Positions 1 to 15,172 of a stretch of 64,000 nt of DNA are shown here, one piece after another. The stretch spans positions 18,910,001 through 18,974,000 of the forward strand of contig OX597817.1 of NCBI GenBank assembly GCA_951406725.2, written 5' to 3'. The DNA is from Octopus vulgaris (Eukaryota). The notes under the pieces are model-generated. The model was given only the letters and a program-made list of their open reading frames with translations. It searched no databases and was not told the origin of the DNA. Position 1 is the first letter of the stretch. The number at the start of each line of letters is the position of its first letter. The translations under genes were made by a program, and so were the position numbers.

Positions 1-1989
1 TTAATTAAATGTTACACTCAGAGAGTTAGAAACTTTATATGAAAATAAAAATGAGCGCTTTGTGTTAATATTTTTGTTTCAGATAAAATGTATTTGAGTT
101 ACCATGATAGTTTATTACGATCGTATTTCCCAAACCAGATATAGGAAAAAATTATATGTTGATAAAAGTAGATTTTTATTTTAAAACGTTCATTTCATAA
201 ATGGAGTGTTTTTAAGCACTCATTTCATACTTTTGTAAACATTGACTTGAATATTTCTATTTCGATAGAAATTGCAGGGTAAATATTGTAGGATTCGGTG
301 TCGGAAATTAGTAAGAAGGAAGCGATAATTTTGCTATTGAAATTAATATTGTATTAAAGTACTTAATATTGATCCCTTTATTTAATTGATTGAGTTATAT
401 TTCCCTATATTTCCCCAGATACGGTATTTTTTATAAGAATATTATATCAAAATAGATTGATATTATTCTTTGCCACTTAAGCTTTAATTATTACCCTTCC
501 TTCATTCTATAATATGGACCTATTTATCAGAGTATTTTATTTTTATTGGTACAGATCTTGAGCTATTTTGATTATATTTTAAGACATCGATGTGATAATT
601 TACTATCTGTTTTGCGCCCACATTCTCCCTCAGGTATTGTTTCTCTGTCTTTCTTTCATGATCCTATAACAGCCTACTCTAGTTGTTAATACAGCATCTC
701 AGTTTCGTCTTTATTTTATTTTCATACTTAAAAACCGATCTGTTTATTACAATGTCCATAAGCTATAATCAATTTTCACCGCATATGCTGCTGTGAAAAG
801 TATAAAAAGTCACGAATATCTGTGAGTACGCATTCTAATTATGTATTGGATTATTTATTTCACTGCTTTTATGTAGTCGTTCCCTGCGATGGGAAATTTA
901 TCAGTTGCACCTGTGTATATATGCTACACAGTATTACACATTTTAATTCTATTATGTGAGACAGTCTTTCAACCAAGTCAGTGATACATGTGCTGTGTAA
1001 ATGTAGGATTACTTTGCATTCCATAGTTGATCTAAAAGAACATGGAGTCGCCATGAAATGATGTGCAAATATATGAACTGAATATTATATTATCAAACTG
1101 TAGTGGAGTAGAGTTTCAAGATATTATTTGAACTGAATGGAGTAAAATAAACGCATTCTGTGTAGTAGGAGATACGGTATAGTATTTAATGCTTATAAAA
1201 TTTGTATATCTGGTGACTGACTTCTTAAAACGAACATACAAAGATGGTATCTTTTATGAGGTGTTGGTGACCGTATGCCTGCCAACTTTCTCACGTTCAA
1301 ACCCAACTTCTATCTTACCACAACAGTCTATGAAGTCTATGAGAAAGAAGTTGGATCTGGAAGTGAGAAAGAAGGTAGGGTTATTGTCCAGCAGCGGCAT
1401 AACAGCCAGATCGCCCGTCATTGATATATAAAATATCAGTGACTATTCAAGCACTGGTATCACAAATAGCCAGTTGGCTTATTAAAGAATGAGAGCGTCA
1501 GAAGTAGTATTAATACCAACATTTAATCTTGATCTCCATCTTAATGTGGAGATTGTGCTAGAACAAAGAATACTCTAATCTTTATCTCGAGCGGATCTCT
1601 CATAAGGACCTGATATGTTGTACATGTGTCAGTGACGAACCCATAGCAGGGTGAAATCAGGTGATCTAGCAGTTATAGCGGCTATAGCAGACGGTTCTCG
1701 CCTGTCAGCCATATACTTACGAGTGCTTTATGCACTATGTTTCCATATGAGAAATCCTCTCAAGGTAAATAACGTAGTATTCAGTGTTCTAACATAACCT
1801 CTGCGTTGATTTGGAGATCGGGATTACCTTTTGACATTAATAATGCTCCTGATGCTATTAATTATTGTTGAATAAAGATAATGATAATAAGCAATCATAA
1901 GATACAACTTTAACATGATAAACTGGAAGATCAGTGAAGTGAGAAACTTAGAAAACTCAGGAGACTGTTTAAGTTAAACCGGAGTCACC

Positions 1990-3042
1990 ACCCCAAATCA
2001 GGTACAGACAGTATATATCTACCTCACTAAGAAGGATCTCGTGGCCTGACACAGATAAAGAACTGCTATAGAATAACAACAGTTGGGCGAGAAAAGTACT
2101 TAGAAACAAAAAGTAGGGGACTACTACATGTAATAAAATAACACAACAAAAAAAGAAAATTATTTTCCCTGTACACAAGGAGGCGACAAGATATAAAACA
2201 AAAACATACTACTGATACACTGATCTGAAATGACAACACAGCAGAAATGGTCAAATGGATAAAAAAAAACAACATGAAAATAGACTACAAAAGATACTTA
2301 AGAAGAAATGGCGGGGAAAATTACTTCATGGCTAATACCCTGCAAAGCTTGACAGAGAAGTGAGCCTAAGTAAAAGCCAAGTGTCTCATAAAACAGTTGA
2401 CTAAAAGTTGAAGCGGAAGGACTGATTCTCTCTGCACAAGACCAAAGCTGACAACAAACAACTATAAAAGCAAACTAATGAAAACAAGCCCTAACACCAA
2501 ATGCGGAATATGCAACCAGCACAATGAGACAGTTGACCCCATAATCTCTGGCCGTCCACTCCTTGCCAAATCTGATTATATATACAAATACGACAGAGTA
2601 AGTAGTTATATTCATTAGAAATACGCTAACACTACGTCATAAAAAATAACAAGAAATGATATAAACATGTACCAAAGGAGATACATAACAACGGCCAGGC
2701 CACAATCATCTGGGATAGAAGGAGAAGCTACTCGCTTAGGCATAATAATCAAGGATTGGGGAAAAAAACACCTGCTTACTGATAGAAATTGTTCTCCATT
2801 CTGACCAAAATATTGCCCGAAAAGAAGTGTAGAAATTGTCAAAACACAAAGACCCCGAAATTTAAGTAATCAGGATGTGGAGTATGGAGGTGCAAATAAT
2901 ACCGGCACCTATTGGAGTATTGAGTATGATACAATAAAAAACGTTTGAACAGAAACGCAGCAGCTCAACACAGCATATTATCCAAGAAATAACCCTGCTA
3001 GGAAAAGCTCACACCCTGCGCCAGACACTGTCAATTCAATAA
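1990..3042 (+). mobile_element. Decayed RLE-type non-LTR retrotransposon 3' half (R4/Dong-like)
   Basis: Manual translation across stops and frameshifts gives IYLPH*EGSRGL (RLYLPRKEGGRGL-like), LKVEAEGLILSAQDQS, a KCGICNQHNETVDPIISG zinc knuckle, TIIWD, and C-terminal IQEITLLGKAHTLRQTL*. Confidence 0.85.
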
Positions 3043-3319
3043 AACAACCAAAACAAAACAGCTCAGAAACACAAGACACACTCTTTATAATAAATATACG
3101 ATAACATAAACAACCACCACAAAATGTACTCTAATGGCCGGATACCCGACACAATTCACATTACACACATACAGCATACAATACAAACTTTAATACAACA
3201 AAATAGTGCAACCAGTCCCCATAATAAAACAAACAGACACAATACAATACCGATGAGAGTTTGCAATCCCCACCCACCAAAACACACACACACAAACAAT
3301 GCTGCACACCTCAGCAGCA

Positions 3320-3885
3320 CTCCGCAAGAATGATCCATTGGGAGTTCTGTAGAGATTACAGCCGACACAGAGCAAAGAAGTGGCATGACCAAATCCAAGA
3401 AGGAGTAACCGAGAATGAGGACAGTAAAATCCTGTGGGATGCAATGATTTATTGTGACCATCAGATCACACATCGAAAACCTGACATTGTTCTGGTTAAC
3501 AAGAAAGAAAATACATGCATGATATTCGACATGGCGTATCCCAGTAACAATAGAAATAAAGAGAAAGAAGTAAAACTGAGCAACTACGACGATTTAAAGT
3601 GGGAAACACGAAGGTTGTGAGCAATGAAGAGAGAGGACGTAATACCAGTAATGACTGACTCGCTTGTAAGTATCAGCACTCAGCTACCAACATGGCTCAA
3701 AAAGATCGGTACAAATATAAAGACAGAACACCTACAAAAATCCTCATTGCTTGGAACTGTAAAAGTTCTACACCGGGTTCTTGACGCATGATCAATAAAC
3801 AAGTGTCACCTTTGTCTGCTGACTGTCGACAGCTGACACTTTCCATCATACCCAGCGAAATAAGCTGAGAGTTTTCATCAAATAA
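3320..3885 (+). mobile_element. RLE LINE 3' fragment (endonuclease domain plus 3' UTR)
   Basis: ORF 3261..3620 contains IHWEFC..KKWHD..KILWD..HRKPDIVLV..CMIFDMAYP (PD-D/ExK RLE). It continues past a stop to HLQKSSLLGTVKVLHRVLDA* (~3791), then a UTR. Confidence 0.9.
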
Positions 3886-3904
3886 TTATAACCATCATCA
3901 TCGT

Positions 3905-3919
3905 CATTATTATTATTAC

Positions 3920-3978
<59 letters not shown>

Positions 3979-4037
3979 TTATTATCATTACTATTACTAT
4001 TACTATTATCATTATTATTATTGTTATTATTATTATA

Positions 4038-4118
<81 letters not shown>
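3905..4118. repeat. (ATT)n microsatellite
   Basis: Direct observation. Confidence 0.98.
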
Positions 4119-4639
4119 TTGCTTCTGCTAGTGTCATCATCGTCATTCCAACAACAATAAACAAAGTTAAAAATAGGTTCAACGATCAATATAAATGGGT
4201 TTTTTTTTCTATTTTTTGTTCTATCTGCCAAATAAATTGTCGAAGAAAAAATGGTTTAATATTTGGAATCCTTTCTTATTTTAGTTTTATGTTTTTAACC
4301 AATAATTGAGATATATGATGGTTTTATGTAATTGATGGAGCGTTATAAGAATACTTAAGTATCATAACTACAAAATTATATAAGAATAGCTTTTCTACAC
4401 GACGAACTCCTAATTTTTTTAAGAGTTAAACCAAAGCGATATTCAACAACATTAAATTGTGAACATTAAAACTAACGTTTTCTTTTCTTGTTTTCTATGT
4501 TAATACTTAATAATTCTTTTTTTGTGTGTTTTAACGTTATTAATGTCATTGAAGCAGTAATTAATTATTCGTTAGAATGGAACTAAAAAATGTAAATCAG
4601 CTGATTCAATTCTTCTTTTTCTTTTGTTGGTTATTAGTG

Positions 4640-4830
4640 GATTGGCAGAATTGTTCGAGCATCAGTTAACTGTTATATAGAATATAGTTACATTATCTAT
4701 TTTCTGAGTTGAAACTCCATGGAGATCAGCTTTGCCTTTCGTAATTTCGAAATCGGTCAAATAAGTATCACTCAAGGTACTGGGGAAAATTTAATCAACT
4801 AACTCCACTCCTAAATTATTTGCCTAAATT
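4640..4830 (+). mobile_element. Old degenerate SINE, family N
   Basis: TTGGCAGAATTG...TCTGAGTTGAAA...CTTTGCCTTTC...TAAGTATCA...ACTGGGG aligns loosely to the 27536 copy. Confidence 0.6.
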
Positions 4831-4849
4831 ATTGTTGCACCGTCACAGA

Positions 4850-5900
4850 AAATGCTTTACGATATTTGTTGTGGCTTTTAGTTTTAGGTTTCAAATCCTG
4901 CAATGATAAACTTTGCTAGTCAACCCACTTCGAATCTGAGAACATATGGTATCAATCAAGTTCTCAATTAATGCTGTATTTGATTGATCTAGTTCGTAAA
5001 TTTTGTTCTTGAGTAGTAAGATCAATCCTTTTGCCCCCTTTAAAATCCATGTTTTAAGCCATCTCCTAGAGCGTTCATCATCATCATTGTTCGACCGTGG
5101 TCGAGACAATGGAATTTACTATGTTACGCCAGACTTCACGGTCCATCATAGCATTAGAGCGTTAGCACATGGATATCCGATGTTTTTTAGAAAAACTCTC
5201 CGTGTAGGATTTTCTCTTTCCAGTTGATAATCTTTCCTTCATTAGTCTTCATTTTGTGCTCACTGATTACCTCCTCACGCAGTGCAGCCTGCAACATTCT
5301 TCATAGTTTTCTTTCAAATAAGTATGCAAGGACTTGATTTCCTCCGTAACGTTATTCTCTACTTAACTAATATTCTTCCACCTTCCTAGGTAAATAAAGC
5401 CTTGCTACATTTATTTTTGTACGAAGGCACCCGTGCATGGCCTTTATCTTCCTAGTTTTTTCTGTCCATGATGGTCAGATCTTCCTTCCTCCATGACACG
5501 ACTCTCGTGCAGTAGCGGACCACGCCTACAGATTAAGCTTTGATGCCTCTGAATTATTTTTGTCATTCACCTTGATTCTGCATATCTTTTTCACTCATTT
5601 GGTATATTCAGCAGAAATCTTTTCCTTCATCTTAGCCATGTGGCCAAATTGTAAAACACAAACACTTGTAACCTTCTCCGTTCACTTCTCTCATACGCTC
5701 ATCGTCTGGACGTTTTACTCCACCGCTGTTGTTATCAAATCAAAATCAATATCATATCGATTCTCCAAGCGAAAGGAACCATTGCCTAAATCTCGGACAA
5801 CCGAGAATTTTAGTGTATGATTACAGTAGACAGCAAACGATTTCCCCTTCACCTAATCGTAACCAACAGCTCCACCTCATTTTTCGTTGACGAAGTAACT
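4850..5900 (-). mobile_element. Decayed RLE LINE fragment
   Basis: Minus strand gives EKTRKIKAMHGCLRTKINVARLYLPRK and SRRWLKTWILKG. Confidence 0.75.
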
Positions 5901-6072
5901 GAAAAAGCTATCCGTACCAGCAGAGGCAGTGCGAAGGGCAAAACGAGGAAGATGATTCCCTAATCAGAGTGAACATCAGAAATTGAACCGAAACAGAGAA
6001 GAGAATCATTCCTCCCAAAACAAATACGATGACGAAGGTGACATGGGTCCTTCGAAAGACACACCACTGCCT

Positions 6073-6265
6073 CTTCTTCTTCTTCTTCTTCTTCTTCTTC
6101 TTCTTCTTCTTCTCCTCCTCCTCCTCCTCCTCCACATCCACCTCCTCCTTCTTCTTCTTCTTCTTCTTCTTCTTCTTCTTCTTCTCCTCCTCCTCCTCCA
6201 CCTCCTCCTCCTCCTTCTTCTTCTTCGTCTTCTTCTTCTTCTTCTTCTTCTTCTTCTTCTTCTTC
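6073..6265. repeat. (CTT)n/(CCT)n compound microsatellite
   Basis: Direct observation; explains the poly-L/R/E/F ORFs. Confidence 0.98.
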
Positions 6266-8000
6266 TCTGTATCACGGGCTCATACCTCAATGTAGGTTGG
6301 ACGCTTTGGCTGCTATTTATTTTAGCGCCTCAAGTGAGAAACCTGCATTTATACGTTGTTTTGCTCTACCCAGTAAATCGTGCGCGTACACACATACACA
6401 CATACACACACACACGTACACACGCGCACACACACACACACACGTATTTATATCTTGAACATACACACAGACACACACACGCAATCACAAACACACGCGC
6501 GCGCGCCTATATATATATATATCTTGAATACAGTAGTATAAAGATGTCTGATGCCAACTTTATTGCATTCACTCGAATACTAAAATATTCCCGTCAACTT
6601 TCAGTTAGCAGATAATCCATGAGCTCAATGAATGATTAATGGTTCGTATTCAGATAGAGAATTTCTTAGCCATTGTATCTAGTGTCGTACTGTGTATTCG
6701 ACACATTCACTCAATATACGAGACCACATTGATATCCAGTTCTTCTACTATGGTGTTGTTTGCAACAGTAATTGTTCTTCGCCTGTCTGACATTCTCTAA
6801 CGCCTGGAAAAAGCATGAATTTAAATGTTTTCTTTTAAAAGTAGAGATTAATATATAAATGCCTTGTAATTGAAATTTTGAATAAAACAGTCGAAAGACG
6901 TCTGATGCAACATTTAGTAATGAACAGTTTATTCTAAACAAATTATGTCTATTCGAATCTTCCGTCAATGGAATAAGTCACGTTGAAATCTCATCTGTCT
7001 AGCGTGTGGTGTTGTTCACAGCAATATTTCTTCTTTTTTGCTCTTCTCTACTTTTTTATCAGCTAGCAAAAACATGAATTTAAATCTTATTCATTCATTC
7101 TTACATTCACATACACACACACACACGAGCACAAATATAAAACACACACACACACACACGCACACATACATACGCGCACGCGCTCACACACACACACACA
7201 CATACACACACACACACACAAAGGAATACAAATGTACGATATAATCGAAATTTTGAAAAAAATGATAGAATGTAGTCTGGAGCAATCATTTTATACGAAC
7301 AATTTTGTTGTAAACAAATTATACACCCACAAAAATATATTTTCGACGAGTGTCTTCGTTATATACAAATATATTTAAATTCGCAATTTTGCTGGGCGAC
7401 GGAGAACGTAAGAAGGGAGATAAAGAATTACTGCTACAAGCTACACGAGAGAAAGAAGAGATTTGAATCTGAATTCATCTGATGGCAGGAGGATATTGAA
7501 TGCTTGTTTAAGAAATTTGTTCTACGAAAGAGAACCATCCATACAGACAAATACAATTGGACAATTATCTACGAGCCGAAAACAAAGGAAAACAGATGTC
7601 ACAATAAAGTCTTCGCGTGGCACACATAAAAATGAACTCATATGAATATGTTCGTAAGCTAAACTGTAATCCACAGCCTTTATACGGGTGGACAAATTTC
7701 CTTACATTCACTATCATTAAAACAAAATCACTGGACTAATTTGATTCAGATATTGAAAGCTTGCAGCTTTGTTACAAAGTAACTTGGAGATATTACTAAT
7801 AATTAAGTAACTTGAAGATCTCTATGAAAAAAAATTACTGTTACATTCTGCTATGTTAGTAAATAATCAAATGGAAACCTTCAAATGCTAGGTATTTCAA
7901 TAGTAAAATTTATAAAGGACTTCTAAATTTCAGTATATATTATTCATCGTTTTTGTTATTCATTTCCAGCGATGGAAGGCCGCAATCTGGCAGAATCGTT

Positions 8001-8420
8001 TTTACATTCTTTTACTCTTTTACTCTGTTAATTCTTACAGTCATTTGACTGCGGCCATGCTGGAGCACCGCCTTTAATCGAGCAAGTCGACCCCAAGACT
8101 TATTTTTGTAAGCCTAGTACTTATTCTATCGGTCTCGTTTGCCGAACCGCTAAGTGACGGGGACGCAAACAAACCAGCGCCGGTTGTCAAGCGATGTGGT
8201 GGTGGTGGTGGGGGGGGGGGCAAACACTCACACACACACACACACACATATATATACGATGGGCTTCTTTCAATTTCCGTCTACCAAATCCACTCACAAG
8301 GCTCTGGTCAGCCCGAGGCTATAGTAGAAGACACTTGCCCCTGGTGCCACACAGTGGGACTGAACCCGGAACCATGTGGTTGGTAAGCAAGCTATTTACC
8401 ACACAGCCACTCCTGCGCCT
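8001..8420 (-). mobile_element. tRNA-derived SINE, family C (CORE-like motif in intact copies, internal TA/TG tract, GAGTAAAA tail)
   Basis: Reverse complement of the 30665 copy: A-box TGGCTGTGTGGTAA, B-box GGTTCAGTCCC. It splits an older family-N SINE (7976-8000 and 8421-8610). Confidence 0.9.
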
Positions 8421-8610
8421 ATTGAGCAAAAATGTTTAAAGGCAATTCTTCTAGGTCTTTAGGTACTGGTTTCATACGCCACCGTGGTCCGTTCTGCCTT
8501 TCATTCTTGTGGAGTCGATAGGATAAGCACCAGTTGAGCACTGTAGCGGAAGTAATCGACTATCCTCCCCCGCTAAAATTGCTTACCCTGTGGCAAAATC
8601 TGAAACTGTT
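8421..8610 (+). mobile_element. Old family-N SINE, 3' part
   Basis: TGCCTTTCATTCTTGTGGAGTCGATAGGATAAGCACCAGTTGAGCACTG core. Confidence 0.7.
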
Positions 8611-11600
8611 TCAGTAATGGATCTTTTTATTTCTCTGTTCAAAACCAGCCCTTTTCTTTAAAGAAGAATTCAAATATTTAAAGAAAAAGATGATAACATA
8701 AGTACATATATGTTCACACATATGTATTCTCTCAATCTTTCTCTTATGCTTACACTTTGCATACTTGGACACTTTGCATACTTGACTTAACAAAGACGAC
8801 AAACAAACCTCCCTGAAATCTTATAATTTTCAATATGAAAGGCAGATCTAAAATTAATGTAAACATTATTAATAAAATGACAAAACTGTGGAGCGGTAAG
8901 CATGATGGCTATACGTGTGTAAGCGTTTGGATTATATATGTGTGTGTAGTGGTTGTTTAACGCAAGCTCAGCTCTGACAAAACACACCTATACACTCATA
9001 TACATGCACACGCATATGGATAAACAATGCGTACGCATCTACACTCATATACACACAGAATACACATGCAAGCATATACCTATGCACATACGTAACATAT
9101 GCACTGTATATTCATACAGACACACATTTGGATATGCGTGTGGTGTCTATGTGTGTATCTGTTAGCATATTTTATGTGTGCGCTTGCGTGTGCCTCTGTG
9201 TTTGTTTATATGTCTGCGTGCACCTATGTTTGTGTGTGTGTGTGTATGATATTTGGGGGAGATTTTAATACAAAGGAGAATTTACAAAGAGAAAGGAAAC
9301 TGCGTGTATGTTCTTATTTTTTACATTTGAAGAAAAACACACTTGTTAATGATCGGTCACGATTGCCTGTCATGCAGATTAGGAAGCATCTATTATGTTT
9401 TTTTGTGATACAATATGACTCGTAAATTTGGGATAACTAGTGTTGTACATAATTGAACACTGATTTTTATTTGTTGATAACAATAGAAATTCTGCACATT
9501 TAATATTCATAGCAAAAACATTTATGTATAGTTGTATTTCTGTCCAAAATCTGTTACATTATGCGATAGACTTGTGTATGTCCCTATTAAACCTTTAAAT
9601 AACTAAAGTTAAAGTGAGACTGAATAGAAAGCAATTATGGTAAATAAGGTAACTTCTCAAAATACAACTAAATTGGAGACTAACAGATTAAAGAAACTAT
9701 TATTTCTCATTTTCAAAGTTTACATCATGGTGAACTGCGAAGGATGCTAAAAATGGAAATAAATTTGCTATAATATTTGTTTCCGTCCACCTAAGAATAT
9801 CTAGTACCTTTTCTCTGTAACTTTTGCTATACCAGTAATAATCGAGAAAATGTCAATGAACTATATAAATCTTTATAATATAGAAAAAAAAACAGAAAAA
9901 AAAACAAAGAAAAAACAAAACTCCAATTTATGTAACAAATAAATTTCTACAGTTCGGTTTGCTGATACGGTAATAAAAATAGCTGTGAATTAGAGAATAT
10001 AATGGATTTAGATATTCATAACATAAATTAGAAAGTTTTCGTGACGCAGAAAGAGATGTATCAGGCGATAGAAACAAGAACGACGTTGATCATGAATGGT
10101 ATCAGGAAATTGTTATTGGTAGAAATAGTTACGGTAATATATACTAAACTGCAATATAGTTACTTGTACATTAAAGATAATAAGCGGGGAAATAATGTTT
10201 TGAAGTTTCCAGTGCAATTTTAAATTACTTCCTTGCTTCTCTTTTGTAAAAGTTTTGGTAAGTACAGTTAAGTGTCAGTATAGTTAAGATCTTTTAATAA
10301 AGTACACACTACAATGTAACTGACGATATATATTGTGAAGTTACATGTAAACCGAAATAAGAATATCATATCCATTCAATTGTGGGAAGAATGAAAATGT
10401 AATTCACTGTAATCTTGTCTAAAACTCAAGACTAAATTATATTCGATAACAATAATTCTATGCAATATAATATAGAAACTTCGTAAGCGCTTCCCCCTGA
10501 GATTGATATCTTTATTCAATATGAACATAAAAAGAAGAATTTTAAAATGAATGAATGCAACCATTAATTTTTTCGAATTTACGCCCTTATAAAATTTTTT
10601 ATCTTTCCTGTTTCTTTTCTTAATTGTATGCTTTCATTTAAACTTTTAAAACCCTATGTTTACTCTGTAGGATATTCCTTCTGAATTTTCGTCAAGTAGT
10701 TTTTTTTTCTTTCTTTTTTATATGCATATTATTTCGAAGTATGTTGCATTTGTTGCGAATGAAAGTTCGATTGTTATAACAGAAAATACCAATAACTGCC
10801 TCCTTCGTGGTCATTCCAGTGAGAATAAACCTGATTTAAAATATTCATTTTAATCAAGTCTTAATACTACTTCATAAAATGGATTATAATGGAAAGTTAC
10901 TTTCGTTTTTAAATTACAAACATGCCTTTTTATTCGGTGAACAGCAAGGGATCTAAAAGAGAAATTATTTTTATGCAAAAAACATTTATAAACAAAAGGT
11001 AAAAAAAATTATTGCATACATTCAGTTTCAAATATGAACTATTTTTTTGTATCTATGTACGTTAACAAATAATAAATAAAACGGTTATACTTATATTTAT
11101 TCTATTCTATTTCTAAGTAATATTTAAATGAGAATATGATTTGTGAATCATGTTTTTTACTAATACCATACCGACTACCGAATGAAACTAACTAAAGATT
11201 TACAGACAAGTATCATCGCAGTTTTCAGAATTACTGCATACTATGAAAAAGTCATAAATAAGATGTATTAGTCATGCACATAATACTATCTAACAAACAG
11301 ACTTGTGGAACGATTTGTACGCTTACTCTGAAGATTAGATTGGTATGCCTACAGTAGCCTAATGCTTGGTAATAACATTTGCATTCTTTTGTACAAGCTG
11401 CGTCAATATATCATGTAAGTGAAAAGTAAAGCAAAATTATATACTCATTGTTAACATGCCCTTGTTACGACATAACATTCTAAAATAACAGCAATTGTAC
11501 GTGTCTCGCTGATTTGACTCTTCTACTGAGTCATTCTCAGTGTCAATGCGTCAGAGAGGAAATTTCTGTAGAGAATAATTGCTAATTTATGGATTTATAT

Positions 11601-11995
11601 CCTTCATTATCGATATAAAATGGCGAAATACTTAAACAGCTGTCGGCTCTAAAGGCATCAGCGGATCTTTTTTTACATTATGTGGCGGAAGATTTCACAT
11701 GATAATGGTGATACTAGAAGTCGAGAGCTTGTTATATTACTGTCTAAAACACGCGATAAATGGATGACAACGGACAAGAAAGTGTCACAATTTAAAATCA
11801 CAAGTTGAAAGGAATTATCGGATTATTAAATAACGAATTTGATTAAACTAAAAATTTCGGACCTCAGATATAAATACATTAAATACTAAGAGATAGTAAA
11901 ATAAATATCCTTTCTCTCACAATGCATACATATTCATATATATAAGCATCTCTCTATATATAGAAACAAATACGTGTATATATATATGTATATAA

Positions 11996-12390
11996 TTAGC
12001 AGTATCGCCCGGCGTTGCTCGGGTTTGTAAGGGAAATAACTATATAAGCATTTTTAGAGTGTTATAGCCAAAAAATAGCAAAAAAATCCATTAAAAATGG
12101 AAAAAAAAATGATGGTAATTTTTTTTTTAAATCGTTGACTCATCGTAGACATTTTTAGAGAGTTACTTCCCTTATATAATAGCGAAAAAGTGCATTAAAA
12201 TGGAAATGATGGTAATTTTTTTTTAAAATCGTAGACTCATCGTAGACCCGCGCTAATACCCAGAAGGGCTCGATATGAATCACGACTATAAGATACCCGG
12301 TTTTGGTTAAACTGCACCGCAAAGTGTGGGAGTAATTAAGAATCTAAATCGTAGGAGACAGACACACAACTTCACTTTTATATATAAAGA
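11996..12390 (-). mobile_element. Non-autonomous Helitron, copy 1
   Basis: On the minus strand: A|TCTTTATATATAAAAG ... CCCGAGCAACGCCGGG hairpin ... CTAA|T (TC/CTRR ends, AT target). Confidence 0.9.
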
Positions 12391-13118
12391 TATATCTCTG
12401 TCTGGGTGTGTGTGTGTGTTTGTGTATGTATGTGCGTGTAGCTACTGCAGCTGTCACCTCAAATCTAATGATTGAAATTTCACGTTTCCGAATCAGTCTG
12501 TTGATCGGAAACGGTGAAAGTCGAATGACTAAATGAAAGATACCAGCTGCGATAACCATAAACAACTTTTGCCAGTCCACATTGATAATTCTTAGGAACG
12601 CTAAAATTAAAGAAAACGATCTAGGAAACAAGCCGCTACACAGAAACAAAACAAAGATCTCATTGCCAAGTATTTTGTTTTGTAGCCGTTCCTAGCAATT
12701 TATCATCGACCTTACTTCGACCATGTCAGCGACAGTATGTGCATGTGGGGGCATTTAAGCCCTTCCGAGACAATATCAAGAGGCACAGGTTCGGCCTACA
12801 ACCTCAGACATATTCTCAAACTGTTGATATATTTCGTCTGTTTTGACCACATATCTCGTGTGTCTGAACGTATACACAAACCTGTTTATTTACATATACA
12901 TACACTAACGCACAAAATATCTAATTATATAAAAGAATCACTCAACTTGTTTAATGTCGTGCAATATCAAGGGAAGGAGAAAAAGGCACACTACAAACAG
13001 ACATAGACGCACGAGAGCATGCATACATACATACATACATGATTGCATACATACATACCTACATACATACATACATACATACATGCATGCATACATACAT
13101 GCATACATACATACTTAC

Positions 13119-13885
13119 GGGATCCGGACAAAACCTCCTAGGATAAAATCCGCCTGGACAAATTCGTCTGCGACAAAATCACTCTGACAAGATCCCTTAA
13201 GTTAAAGTGCAAAATCTGACAAAATCTCCTGGTTACATTTTTGGCGGAGGTATACAAAAAGTACCCCACCCCATTTTTCTTTTCTTTTTTTTTTTTCAGA
13301 TTCCGATTCTGACCAGAAAAAATTACCATTTTTTTTCATAATTTAAATTCAACCCTATGCGATTTCCTTCCTTTCTTGCGAAAATCATTTTTGAATTCTT
13401 CGTAGAACAATACAGCCATTATGATTATGATTCTGAAAAGAAGTTTTCTGAAATTTCAGTTATATATATATAAAAAAAATGACACACTTCCCACCCCTTT
13501 CAAATCCACACTAATATTCCGAAAGTTTTTAAACGCGCTCACTCATTTGCACATGCGTAGATGACTTTCAACCAGTACATGCAATTAAGCCTTCAAGGTC
13601 TCTGTACTTGCTAGAAATATCAACTAAATCTCTTAAATTTCTTTTCAATTATACGTAAACAAACAACGGAAATCGTGGTGCCGAAAGACTTCAATTTTCC
13701 TAAACTCCAATTCTTACATATGCAAAAATATACTTAATCGAAAAATAAATATGTGGAATAAAATAACCGAACACAGTAGACTTTACTACCAAATGTACAT
13801 ATTTTCTGAATTCAAACATAAAAGGAAAGACATTCACTTCAAATGTGGTTTACAAGTCAAAAACATTCATCACCACCACTATCAT

Positions 13886-13961
<76 letters not shown>

Positions 13962-14061
13962 GTCGTCGTCATCATCAGCATCATCATCAACGTCATCAAC
14001 ATCAACGTCATCGTCACCACTACCATCGTCACCACCTTCACCACCTTCAACAACGCCACTG

Positions 14062-14094
<33 letters not shown>

Positions 14095-14136
14095 TTCATC
14101 ATCATCATCATCATCATCATATTCATCACCACCACC

Positions 14137-14170
<34 letters not shown>

Positions 14171-14416
14171 TCACTAAACTCAGCACCATTTATCACCGTC
14201 ATCGTCATGATCAAAATTGAATTTTAGGGAAAAATAACCCTCTGACTTTTTGTCAGAAACGGAATCTCCGTTGCCGAAAACTTCGCATTCTGTAGTAAAG
14301 AAGAAAAAATAGGGTGAGATGCTTATTGTACACCTCCGCCGAAAATATAACCTAGGGTGTTAACTTGGGGAGTTGTCTGAAGGGGTTTTGTCCAAGACGG
14401 TTTTGTCTTACACTCC
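13119..14416. mobile_element. Foldback-like non-autonomous DNA transposon A with GGACAAAA subterminal tandem repeats
   Basis: Ends GGGATCCGGACAAAA and TTTTGTCTTACACTCC; inverted GGTTACATTTTTGGCGGAGGT / ACCTCCGCCGAAAATATAACC; TTAC on both flanks; sits in (CATA)n; homologous to 17986-19851. Confidence 0.7.
13868..14172. repeat. (CAT)n/(CAC)n microsatellite inside element A
   Basis: Direct observation; explains the poly-His/Met/Asp ORFs. Confidence 0.97.
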
Positions 14417-14449
14417 TTACATGAATGCATACATGCATACATGCATACA

Positions 14450-14511
<62 letters not shown>

Positions 14512-14543
14512 CATACATACATATATACATACGTATGTATATT

Positions 14544-14575
<32 letters not shown>

Positions 14576-15172
14576 CATATAGATCAACATCAATAAATAT
14601 TTCTCTGTGTGTTTATATAAATGTATATGCATATGTATGTATATGTGTGTGTATACAACCTTCAACAAAATAACAGTCATGTATACAACTTGAACAGACA
14701 CATATCAGTACATAAACATACGTTCACATGTACATACACATGTACACACACACAGACACGTCTACACACCTAAATACTCACGTACATACATAAGTACATA
14801 CATACATACTTACGTTCATACATACATACATACATACATACATACATGCATGCATGCATATAGGCATGCACACATGCATACGCATGTACACATAAGCATA
14901 CGCACATACATATACACACACATAATACACGCATACATACATACATACATACATAGATACATACATACATACATACATACATGCATACATACATACATAC
15001 ATACATACACACATACATACGTACATATATATCATGAACTAACTGTTACTTTCTCAGATGAAGCACGGAATTTTGCCAATGAACAGGTCGCGGTCTTAAA
15101 GCGACGAAAATATTTTGGCAAATTAAATTTAAATTTTGAAGTGAATCTAACGGTTTTTGTGTGCTTCTTAAA

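Noticed and set aside
1630-1680. ARSPDFT..LW on the minus strand, like the mariner SPDL motif
   Set aside because: Single short motif; no supporting frame or TIR found
3878-6615. Poly-I, poly-L, poly-R and poly-E/K ORFs
   Set aside because: Translations of (ATT)n and (CTT)/(CCT)n microsatellites
9400-11900. Possible host exons in non-repetitive AT-rich DNA
   Set aside because: No recognisable ORF, domain or convincing splice-bounded frame; small exons cannot be excluded
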